Made by a program: the position numbers and the translations under genes. From the IMG/VR virus record IMGVR_UViG_2895192334_000003, positions 7,415 to 71,414 of that record: a DNA stretch of 64,000 bases. The stretch is one strand, 5' to 3'. Each line of letters begins with the position of its first letter. The first letter of the stretch is position 1. Shown here piece by piece: positions 19,780 to 28,360 of the stretch. Under the pieces are notes generated by a model. It was not told the DNA's origin and did not search any database. It saw only the letters and a program-made list of their open reading frames with translations. This stretch comes from a virus (lineage: Duplodnaviria; Caudoviricetes).

Positions 19780-21195
19780 TTACTGTTTAGCAACTCTCGG
19801 TTGTTCATTATTTGATTGATTTTTGTCGGATTTTCTTTCAGATAGGTTTTTTTCTGGTCTGCCAACTTCTTTTAGAGCACTCCCTTGAAAAGGTTGATCT
19901 CTTAAAGAAAAGACATCATTATCATTGGAATTATTTTCTTCAATTCTTTCAAGCTTCATGTAATCATAATCGTAGCCGTGTTCTTCAAATAACACTCTAT
20001 ATGGCAGTCCTGCGTGTTCAAATAACCATTGAACCAAGTTAAGTCTTGCATTCTCATCAATGACGATATCATTAAAAGAAACCTTTGGCGTCTTGTCAGC
20101 ATTAATATTATTTCTTTCCAATTCTCGCCTTATCATATCTTCGATGATAGGCGGTAGGAAAGACCTAATAGACTCAATAGTTCTAATTAGACCAGTAATA
20201 TTAAGCATTCCCTCGCTGTAATTTCCGCCACCCTCTCCACGTAGAAGTGTTAAAGAAACACCAAGAGTTGACAATAAATCCTTATCAATCTCTAAAAACT
20301 TTGTTTCGCCAAAAATTTGAGAATCAGGACTAACCCATTCTAAACTAACAAAGTAGGGAGTTGTAACTCGCACAGAACCAGTCTTTCCAGTAAATAAATC
20401 AGAATAAAATAAGACATCTTGTTGGCTTGGCACATGATCCTTATCTCCAACTTTAATATGTAATATTTGATCAATAATTCCACTAGCAGTAGAGCGTTCA
20501 GCTTCCTTTAAAAGATTTTTTCTCGACAAGTCGTCAAAAGCAGGCACTAAAAAAGATACACCATAACGGTCATATCTACTAGAGTTCATCTTACAAAAAT
20601 AAGACTTATTCAAATCAAAGGGTATTTTAGCCATGTTTTGTTTTATTCCCCTTTGTATCTCATCTGGATAAGCTTTTTCCATTAATTTAGCATCATAAAC
20701 ATCATCTTCTATTTCAAATCCTATCTTGGAGTTGTCAAAATAAACTTGCTGTTTGCCATTTACTATTACATTGGAAACCTCAATTAAATCGAGAGGATAT
20801 ATATCAATATATTCGCCATCTCTGTCGTAACAAAAACAATTTCCAGTCATTGCCATTTCAAAGACAAAATCTTTACAAAACTTGTCAATATCTACTCTTT
20901 TCAAAAAGCTATCTACAATAGACTTGACTTTACCTTTGCCCTTATCATAATCTAAATGAAGCTTTGTAATAGAATAATCTCGAATAATATTGACAGTCCT
21001 CATAATTAGACCCTCGCTAATATAATAATACTTAGCAAGAGCTGCCAATTGACTAATGTACTCTTGTGGATTTTGAGCATACTTTTGTAAATCATATCCC
21101 TTAGGTTCGCCATTAATATTGAACTTTTGACTAAAGAAACGACTATATGTAGATTGCTTACTTTGTCCCAATTCTAAATTTTTCTCATCACTCAA
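19780..21195 (-). CDS. Portal protein
   Basis: 471 aa directly after TerL; FEMAMTGNCF, RYGVSFL..A pattern. Confidence 0.85.
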   Translation of the reverse strand: MSDEKNLELGQSKQSTYSRFFSQKFNINGEPKGYDLQKYAQNPQEYISQLAALAKYYYISEGLIMRTVNIIRDYSITKLHLDYDKGKGKVKSIVDSFLKRVDIDKFCKDFVFEMAMTGNCFCYDRDGEYIDIYPLDLIEVSNVIVNGKQQVYFDNSKIGFEIEDDVYDAKLMEKAYPDEIQRGIKQNMAKIPFDLNKSYFCKMNSSRYDRYGVSFLVPAFDDLSRKNLLKEAERSTASGIIDQILHIKVGDKDHVPSQQDVLFYSDLFTGKTGSVRVTTPYFVSLEWVSPDSQIFGETKFLEIDKDLLSTLGVSLTLLRGEGGGNYSEGMLNITGLIRTIESIRSFLPPIIEDMIRRELERNNINADKTPKVSFNDIVIDENARLNLVQWLFEHAGLPYRVLFEEHGYDYDYMKLERIEENNSNDNDVFSLRDQPFQGSALKEVGRPEKNLSERKSDKNQSNNEQPRVAKQ

Positions 21196-22850
21196 TAAAA
21201 ATCCCTCCTTCCTATTGCACCTATTGTTATTACATTATTTGTATCTCTAAACATATTCTTTTCTATATTGTCAGCTCCCAACAAAGCTAGTCCAGTGGCA
21301 GTCCATCTATCCTTTCTACCCTCACTTATTCCACCGCTTGGGACATCAAATGTCAAGAAATTGCCTCTAGGTTTGGCTTCTATACTCATTATTTCCCTAC
21401 GAGTTTTCATAGCTTCTTCTAACACCATTACTTCCTCTACTGTTGGATTCGTTACATCATCTAAAGCTTCCTGAGAATACATTCTAAACAATCTTTTTTG
21501 AGTATTTTGTTTTACTGACATACCTAATTGATGATTAAAATCTAAAGAAAACTTATGACCATGTATAATAAAATTACCATCTAGAATATTCTTTTTATGC
21601 TCCTCGTTGTTTACATCACATAAAGGCGGTTCAATTTCATTAGTGATAGGATCTATACTTGATTTAGCCAATTCATCTAACAAACCTAAACCAAGACCCG
21701 TTGTATCCATGTGGATTTCATCGCAAGGGAACTTGTTTAATATCTTTCTAATTGCAGTAGCTTGTTCATTAAAAGTCTTGCCATTTAAAGTTTTTTGGTA
21801 CACTAAATGTTTTTCTAAAACTTGTTTCTTTTTATATGGCACTAGTTTAAGAATAACAATAGCTGTATTGTCGTTCCCAGCAGTACGAGCAACATCAAGA
21901 CCCATGATATACTGATAATTTTCATCAAAACTTAAATCCATTTTCATTAAATTAGAACAAGCAATTAAGTCCATTGGATTTATCCAATTGTCGTCTGATA
22001 AATCTGGGAAAGTAGCATCGTACTCCATGTCAAAATCAAGTTTAGAATAAGTTCTCTTAGCTTCTTCAATAACAGACTCATTATATAGACCAACATCAAG
22101 ACCGACCTTATAATCTAAACAAGAAGCATAATGCTTATCAGAACCACGAGCTATTTGTTTTATAGTGTCCTTAAAAAATTCATAAAGATGATTAAACTTA
22201 AAAAAAGCAGAAGATATAGCAATGAATTTCATGTCAAAAAATTCCTCATCTTCGTGAGCATCTACTTTATAATCAAGTTTTGCTACCATCATAGGTTTAA
22301 TAACACTTTGAACAATATTCGGATTCATTTGAGCATACTCATCAGCAATGATAATTGAGAATCTACCACCACGAATTTTGCTACCTGAATTACCAATGGG
22401 AATAGCTATAATTTGACTATTATTAGCAAACTTTCTTATTATTTGGTCTGTACCATTTTTATAATCTACGATTTCTTGTCTTAGAGCATCTGACCTAATA
22501 CATAAGTCATTATCAATTTTATCTTCAACAAGCATCTTAGATTGTCTAAAAGAGGGAGCAATAACACCAATCCTTAAATTAGGGTAAAGTATAGCCATGC
22601 AACATACATAAAGAGCACTTAGCCATGTCTTGCCAAGTCCTCTAGACCACACTAATACAATAAAATTATATTTAGCCATAGCTCTTAGAGATACTTTCTG
22701 ATATAAATTAAGAGGTATATTAAGATATTCCTCACAAAATATATCAATATGATTGCGATAATACTCAATCTCTTTAGTTAATAACTTCTTCTTTAAATCA
22801 TAAATTTCTCTTGAAGTCATTCCAATAGTTCTGTCTGTAATCTCAACCAC
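21192..22850 (-). CDS. terL: Terminase large subunit
   Basis: Walker A SRGLGKT, Walker B IIIADE, RNase H-like GLDVAR...DTTGLG...KDRW. Confidence 0.92.
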   Translation of the reverse strand: MVEITDRTIGMTSREIYDLKKKLLTKEIEYYRNHIDIFCEEYLNIPLNLYQKVSLRAMAKYNFIVLVWSRGLGKTWLSALYVCCMAILYPNLRIGVIAPSFRQSKMLVEDKIDNDLCIRSDALRQEIVDYKNGTDQIIRKFANNSQIIAIPIGNSGSKIRGGRFSIIIADEYAQMNPNIVQSVIKPMMVAKLDYKVDAHEDEEFFDMKFIAISSAFFKFNHLYEFFKDTIKQIARGSDKHYASCLDYKVGLDVGLYNESVIEEAKRTYSKLDFDMEYDATFPDLSDDNWINPMDLIACSNLMKMDLSFDENYQYIMGLDVARTAGNDNTAIVILKLVPYKKKQVLEKHLVYQKTLNGKTFNEQATAIRKILNKFPCDEIHMDTTGLGLGLLDELAKSSIDPITNEIEPPLCDVNNEEHKKNILDGNFIIHGHKFSLDFNHQLGMSVKQNTQKRLFRMYSQEALDDVTNPTVEEVMVLEEAMKTRREIMSIEAKPRGNFLTFDVPSGGISEGRKDRWTATGLALLGADNIEKNMFRDTNNVITIGAIGRRDFY

Positions 22851-23661
22851 TGAAAGACCTCCTTATAGCATTGATATTATCTTCCAAAATAAAATCTATT
22901 TGATCTTTAGTGTATTCTTTAGGTTTTAAATTCACATCTCCTGACTTAACTAACTTGTCAACCCATATAGCAAACAGATTTTCTTTATCGCTATTATCCT
23001 GATTAAACTTCTTTAACACCTTTAACCCATCAAGAGATGCCATATAAGAATCTCTAACAGTTTTCATCTCTCTAGGATCTATATTTCCCGATTTAATTCT
23101 CTCTCTATTCATTTTCCTTAAAACTAATTCATCAGATATGGCAGTGATAACTAAATACTCATCACTAGCAGAATTGAGTTCATACTCGCCATAATAAGAT
23201 TTAATTCTTGCAATAATAAATTTAATAGAATCTTCATCGTAGAGTTCCACAAAGTACATATTCAAAAGTCTTAATATGAATTGACCTTGTGTTGAATTAA
23301 CATCATCAATATAATCTTCAAAGTGCAACACTTCTTTTTTAGGTTTATTGTTTTTAACTTCTTTTTTAAATTCTTCTAATTTTTCACTTGGAGTTATTTG
23401 TCCCTGCTTCTTCAATAGAATATCTTGTGCTATTTTCTTAAATCTAGGTTCATTAATAAACTCAAAATACACTCTTGAAGTGGAAACTCTCTTTTTCTTT
23501 TTAGGAGAAAGCTTATTGTATTCAGCTATCTTTTCATTTCTAACTCTAGTTTCTTCTTCTGCTATTTCCCAGCATTCCTCAACAAAGGGTAATTCTTCTG
23601 GTGTATTTTCTAAATAATTAATAATACCTTTTTTAGAATTAATATTAAGAGGTCTTGACAT
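22843..23661 (-). CDS. Hypothetical protein, terminase small subunit candidate
   Basis: Helical 272-aa ORF overlapping the TerL start; position only. Confidence 0.45.
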   Translation of the reverse strand: MSRPLNINSKKGIINYLENTPEELPFVEECWEIAEEETRVRNEKIAEYNKLSPKKKKRVSTSRVYFEFINEPRFKKIAQDILLKKQGQITPSEKLEEFKKEVKNNKPKKEVLHFEDYIDDVNSTQGQFILRLLNMYFVELYDEDSIKFIIARIKSYYGEYELNSASDEYLVITAISDELVLRKMNRERIKSGNIDPREMKTVRDSYMASLDGLKVLKKFNQDNSDKENLFAIWVDKLVKSGDVNLKPKEYTKDQIDFILEDNINAIRRSFSG

Positions 23662-24475
23662 CTACATCACTTCCAGTGTGAATAAATTTAGTACCAGAAT
23701 TGTAAATATCTACTTTATCCTTATGAAATACAAATAGTCCATAACCATTAGTTTGCGGAGTATAATTCACATTTCCTCTATTGGCATAGTCCATTTGTTC
23801 GCACAAACAACCTAATTCACACAAAAGAGTATTAGCATGAATAAAAGTACCAGCTTTATGAGTATGACCAATAGCAAGAGCATTAAAGCTTATGCCTTGA
23901 TTTTTAAAATAATCATAAGTAGAAACACAAGTCCTCATAGGTATCTTTGAAAAGCTTGTAGGGTGTGCCAATACTAAATCTTTATAAATGTAGTACCATG
24001 AATCAACAACTTTATAAGTATGGGGAAGAGGTTCAACAACTTTTTTAATATTTCGACAATCCCTATAAACAAAACCAGTTTTCAAGATAGATAGAACATC
24101 ATCAGACACAAAAGGAGAAAATTCGCTTTGAAATTTAGTTAAATATTTTTTAAATCTAAACTCATGATTACCTCTAAACAATATCTTTTTTGTATTGGGA
24201 GTTAATACATCTATTTTTTTTAACAATGAAGATGCAATTTTCAACTCCTCATATAAAGGTATGTGCATCTCTTTAGGAAAAGATGAAACGCTAAAACAAT
24301 CTAGGATATCTCCAGCAAAGACAATTAACTTAACATTAGAATTATCTTTAACTATATTCAAAATATCTTCTTCTTTATGAAAGGGAATATGTAAGTCAGA
24401 TAGAACTAATACCCTTTCAATATCTTTAATCTCATCAATCTGACTTTCGATATCTTTAATTACATTACCTACCAA
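23645..24475 (-). CDS. Calcineurin-like metallophosphoesterase
   Basis: SDLH, AGDILD, GNHE, AHP and GHTH metal-binding motifs. Confidence 0.88.
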   Translation of the reverse strand: MVGNVIKDIESQIDEIKDIERVLVLSDLHIPFHKEEDILNIVKDNSNVKLIVFAGDILDCFSVSSFPKEMHIPLYEELKIASSLLKKIDVLTPNTKKILFRGNHEFRFKKYLTKFQSEFSPFVSDDVLSILKTGFVYRDCRNIKKVVEPLPHTYKVVDSWYYIYKDLVLAHPTSFSKIPMRTCVSTYDYFKNQGISFNALAIGHTHKAGTFIHANTLLCELGCLCEQMDYANRGNVNYTPQTNGYGLFVFHKDKVDIYNSGTKFIHTGSDVDVKTS

Positions 24476-24483
24476 TTAATCAC

Positions 24484-24777
24484 TCACTTTCTTATAATTC
24501 CTTTGTTGACATTGATATATTTTTCTTTTCTCTTGTTCATCTTCACTTGAACTTTTTCTATGTATTTATCGTCAACAGAAATTCTTAATACTGATTGTCT
24601 TAAATATGTAGAATTGGGGACAATATCATTTTCCATTAGTCTAATCAATAACATACAAGTTGTAAATTTTTTAAAATGACCATGATTTGCATAATTACCA
24701 TGATTATTACATAATATGAAGCCATCTCTATTTTTCTTAACTGTGTACTTATCATCACTATAAACTGTATAAGCCAT
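24484..24777 (-). CDS. Hypothetical phage protein
   Basis: 97-aa ORF in the late operon with GGTAGAT-type RBS. Confidence 0.6.
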   Translation of the reverse strand: MAYTVYSDDKYTVKKNRDGFILCNNHGNYANHGHFKKFTTCMLLIRLMENDIVPNSTYLRQSVLRISVDDKYIEKVQVKMNKRKEKYINVNKGIIRK

Positions 24778-24783
24778 ATCTAC

Positions 24784-25092
24784 CTACTTGTAAAAATGGA
24801 ATAAAGGCACTTCCTTTTGTTTGATGACTGATTCTCTGCCTTTTCTTATAATCTCACTATCCTTATATAGAGCTTTACCATTTTCTTGATAAGTTTTATA
24901 AGTACATAAATAATAAGCAAACTTATCTAGCACTCTATAAATTTTCTTATCGTGCACATCATCTTTTTCATAATTTAATTTGAACTTATCCTCATAATCA
25001 CTTAACAAACAATTTATAAGTGATAATCTTTCTTCTAAATCATATGTAGTAGGTAAGTCAAACACTAAATTACTATCATAATAAACTTTCAT
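24784..25092 (-). CDS. Hypothetical phage protein
   Basis: 102-aa ORF coupled to the upstream gene by an ATGA overlap. Confidence 0.6.
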   Translation of the reverse strand: MKVYYDSNLVFDLPTTYDLEERLSLINCLLSDYEDKFKLNYEKDDVHDKKIYRVLDKFAYYLCTYKTYQENGKALYKDSEIIRKGRESVIKQKEVPLFHFYK

Positions 25093-25499
25093 TTCTCATC
25101 ACCACCAATTAAAAATTGTTGAACTCTTTTAGTGATTTTCTTAATAATGAAGTCAGCATTGGAACGAGTGAAATTATATTTTTTACCAATTTGAACTAAA
25201 GACATACCGAACATATAATCTTTTAGTACATTTCTATCTTGCTTGGATAATTCAATGCTATCAAGAGCAATACTCAAATCAATGAGCATAACTTGAAGTT
25301 CTAAATTGTATATTCTTGTTATATGTTCTAGTAAAATATAATAATTACATATGAGATGTCGAATTTTCTTCAAACTATAATAGAAATCATCATAATTGAC
25401 ATTCTCAACACTACTAGATAATTCATAATATCCTCTACCAGTAATGTTGAAAGACTTATCTTGATACTTTTTTTTGTAACTATGTTTTTCTAATTTAAT
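25089..25499 (-). CDS. Sigma-70 region-4-like HTH regulator, probably starting at a non-canonical ATT (136 aa)
   Basis: LSKQDRNVL..Y..GMSLVQIGKKY sigma-r4 pattern. The frame is open 42 codons upstream of the track's TTG (25373), back to an ATT 11 nt after AAAGGAG. Confidence 0.6.
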   Translation of the reverse strand: MKLEKHSYKKKYQDKSFNITGRGYYELSSSVENVNYDDFYYSLKKIRHLICNYYILLEHITRIYNLELQVMLIDLSIALDSIELSKQDRNVLKDYMFGMSLVQIGKKYNFTRSNADFIIKKITKRVQQFLIGGDEK

Positions 25500-25559
25500 C
25501 TTTGGTGATGCTCCTTTCTAATATATTTTTAATATTTTTGTATGTACGATTGATTTACT

Positions 25560-26170
25560 TTTATTGGGATTGGGGGTTTCACCCCCAACGCCCCCAGCAG
25601 GGGGTTACCCCCTGCACCCCCGCAAACCACAAACTATCTAAGCAGGATACATAAAGGATCACAAACTATTCTTTATTTTTCTCTTGACTTTTCTTTTTAT
25701 GATCTCTTCTCTCACGAGGCTTGTATACCCCCCCCCTGCCAGTCCAAAATAAATAAAGATACTTATTTTTTCATGGCAGGGCAGAATAAATCTGGGTACA
25801 ATATATACCAATGTTCTTCAAGCTCTAAAGAGCTAAGTCGTCTAGGTCTAGTATTATCAACTGGCATTTCAGCCTTGAACATTCCCCCTAGAGCCGAAGC
25901 TCACTAGGACAGGGAGGGTTAAAAAATCAAACAATCACTACTAGAATTTATACTCATCATGCTACACTATTACAGTTCCTCACAAAACGAGTATCACTGG
26001 CTTTAACCCATTAGTCGAGTTGGTAAGACTCGCTCGTTATTTTTTTATTCCATTATTCGACTCAAGGAATACTTGCGAGGGTGTCAGGAGGTGATATGTC
26101 ATCTTTAAAACATTAAAGAATAATATATGGCTAATAACTTTTATAGCAAACCTCGCAAGATTTTTTCTTA
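25560..26170 (-). ncRNA. Candidate structured late-operon leader RNA
   Basis: ORF-free; multiple stems including a C(UUCG)G hairpin (25887-25908), a junction at 25986-26038, CCCTGCCA/TGGCAGGG and CTTGCGAGG/CCTCGCAAG. Confidence 0.5.
25570..25621. repeat. GC-rich twin hairpins with extra C5/G5 tracts
   Basis: TTGGGGG-TTTCA-CCCCCAA and GCAGGGGG-TTA-CCCCCTGC, plus C5 tracts at 25591 and 25617. Confidence 0.85.
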
Positions 26171-26291
26171 ATTTTGTTGTATAATATATGCACTACCATG
26201 CACCTTTATGTATATTCTACAACATATAAAAATAAAATGTTCGACAAAAGTACAATTTCTTTGTGAAAGTTTTGTGAAAATGTTTTCTTCG

Positions 26292-26320
26292 TTGAAAAAT
26301 AGGCAAAAATATGTTATAAT
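26292..26320 (+). promoter_or_regulatory. SigmaA-type promoter of the recombinase operon
   Basis: TTGAAA-17 bp-TATAAT with an extended TG. Confidence 0.7.
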
Positions 26321-26347
26321 AAGAATCGCAAAGAGGGGGATTTTGTT

Positions 26348-27340
26348 ATGGCAAACAAAGAAAAAATTATGAATAGATATAATCATTCACTAATACAAAA
26401 ACTTTTTGAGGAGATGAAAGACACTTGCTCAAAGGACACATATAAAGTATATGAAACTCCAATTAGAAACTTTTTTTTCGATTTTTTGGATTTAGATTTT
26501 GTAACAGTGAGAGACATAAAAGCAGTTACCACATCACAAGTAAATGAGTGGATTTATCAATTAAAACAAGAGGGGAATAAAAACTCCACAGTCAACAGAA
26601 TGGTCAGTAGCTTATTTTGGTTCTATAAGAACTTACTACAAAAAGACAACCCAATAGTGGAGAATAACCCTTTTAGTACAGATATGGGTGCAAATAGATT
26701 AAAAGCAAGTAAAGTAGCAAAAGGAGTAAGAATATCAGATGAAAAGCTAAAAGAAATAAATACCTATTTTGCCAATGATAGATCTTGGATAGGGGAGAGG
26801 AACTACATTATGTTTCTAATATTCATAACAACGGGAATGAGAAAGAGCGAAGTGCGTAACATTAAAATTGGAGATTTTTACGACTATGGCGAAAAATTCG
26901 CAGTATCCTTTGTAGGTAAGGGGGATAAGTTCAATGTAGCAGAGATACCACAAGGAATAAAACACATTCTGCACTCCTTTATCGTCAGAAGTGATTGGAG
27001 TTACGATTTAAGAGGACAATATATTTTTGTAGCAGATCCAAAATCAAATGTAGCAATATCAGGTAGACAATTAAATTATATCTTTGACGATGCCTATAAA
27101 GCAGTTGGTTTGCCAAGCACATTAAGAATACACGATTTAAGACACACATATATCACCAAGTCATTAGAAATGGGACTAGACATATATGATGTTTCCAAAA
27201 GAGTAGGACACGCCAATATAGACACAACTAGAAGATACGACCATTCCTTTAGAATTTTTAACGACAATCCAGCAGAGGACTTTTTCAGCCAGCTAACGGA
27301 AAAATCACAACAAAATTATCCATTATTAAAAATAGTATAA
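26348..27340 (+). CDS. Tyrosine recombinase/integrase
   Basis: TGMRKSE (R), GKG.K, HDLRH, GHAN and RYDH (Y) catalytic set; N-terminal SAM-like domain. Confidence 0.92.
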   Translation: MANKEKIMNRYNHSLIQKLFEEMKDTCSKDTYKVYETPIRNFFFDFLDLDFVTVRDIKAVTTSQVNEWIYQLKQEGNKNSTVNRMVSSLFWFYKNLLQKDNPIVENNPFSTDMGANRLKASKVAKGVRISDEKLKEINTYFANDRSWIGERNYIMFLIFITTGMRKSEVRNIKIGDFYDYGEKFAVSFVGKGDKFNVAEIPQGIKHILHSFIVRSDWSYDLRGQYIFVADPKSNVAISGRQLNYIFDDAYKAVGLPSTLRIHDLRHTYITKSLEMGLDIYDVSKRVGHANIDTTRRYDHSFRIFNDNPAEDFFSQLTEKSQQNYPLLKIV

Positions 27341-27349
27341 GGAGAGCAA

Positions 27350-27667
27350 ATGGGAAGAGAAGAAAGAGAAGAACAATTTTTAGAAAATTACGAAAACACA
27401 TTAGAAGAATTAGCAAACACTTTTTTTGTTAAAAATGAAAGATACGGGAATAGCTTTACAGACACCATAGAAGATTACGGGCTAGTCGCATCAATAGTAA
27501 GGCTTACAGATAAATTTAACAGAATGACAACATTATATAAAAATAAAGAACTTGATTGTGATGACGAACCTATAATAGACACAATGTTAGATATGGCAAA
27601 TTATCTCATCATGACAGTAGCCTATTTAAAAAATTCCAATGGCACTTTAAAATTAGAAGAACAATAA
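27350..27667 (+). CDS. Nucleotide-modification-associated domain protein (DUF1599/Nmad1-like, MazG-fold)
   Basis: KNERYGNSF...RLTDKFNR...DTMLDMANY signature. Confidence 0.75.
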   Translation: MGREEREEQFLENYENTLEELANTFFVKNERYGNSFTDTIEDYGLVASIVRLTDKFNRMTTLYKNKELDCDDEPIIDTMLDMANYLIMTVAYLKNSNGTLKLEEQ

Positions 27668-27703
27668 ACAAGAGCATCTCCAAAAGAAAAAAAGGTAAAC
27701 ACA

Positions 27704-28294
27704 ATGATAACACAATACAAATTTTCAGAAGATGAAGAAATGCAGTCCATTGGAAGAGAATTATTTAAAAATGGAAATCACATAGCAGAATCTCGCAATC
27801 CTTATGGTAGGAGAGTATTATCCTTTCTAGTAATCGAAGAGGGGATATATAGAGTAAAAAACGAGCAACTAATGCCAAAGAACGCAAGCATAGTAGTGTA
27901 TCCAGAATTTGACGAAGCAAAGGAATGTTATAATATAATAATAACTATAAGTGTGTTCACACCATTAAGACATCAAAGTTATGATTATATCCTATGTGGA
28001 GAAACTAAAAAACAAAAACTAGAACAAAATCATATATTGAAAGCACTGTTAGATAAAAGAACTGTAATGGAAATATGGTTTAGAGGATCACATTCAACCC
28101 TATCTAATTGGATCGCCCCAGTGAACAACACAGACATATTCCATGAAGAACTACTGAAAAAGATAATCAAATGGAATAATCTGGACAATAAAAAATGCTC
28201 CCTATGTGGCAAAGAAATAAATAAAGCCAATAAAAGCGGAATCTGTGGAGATTGTCATTCAAAACAAGTCATAACAAAAAATCGTAAAAAATAA
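27704..28294 (+). CDS. Hypothetical protein with C-terminal zinc ribbon
   Basis: CSLC...CGDCH at the C-terminus. Confidence 0.6.
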   Translation: MITQYKFSEDEEMQSIGRELFKNGNHIAESRNPYGRRVLSFLVIEEGIYRVKNEQLMPKNASIVVYPEFDEAKECYNIIITISVFTPLRHQSYDYILCGETKKQKLEQNHILKALLDKRTVMEIWFRGSHSTLSNWIAPVNNTDIFHEELLKKIIKWNNLDNKKCSLCGKEINKANKSGICGDCHSKQVITKNRKK

Positions 28295-28320
28295 CACCTT
28301 AATCACAAGGTGTTATTTTT
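28286..28320. terminator. Bidirectional intrinsic terminator
   Basis: AAAAAATAACACCTT-AATCAC-AAGGTGTTATTTTT between convergent genes. Confidence 0.85.
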
Positions 28321-28360
28321 TTAATGCTATATAATTTAATAGGTTAGTATTTGTTGTGTA

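Noticed and set aside
1057-24380. Plus-strand ORFs antisense to the late operon (for example 1057, 8390, 8780, 18987, 21607)
   Set aside because: They lie fully opposite well-supported genes, lack RBSs, and show the Ser/Leu/Phe bias of shadow frames.
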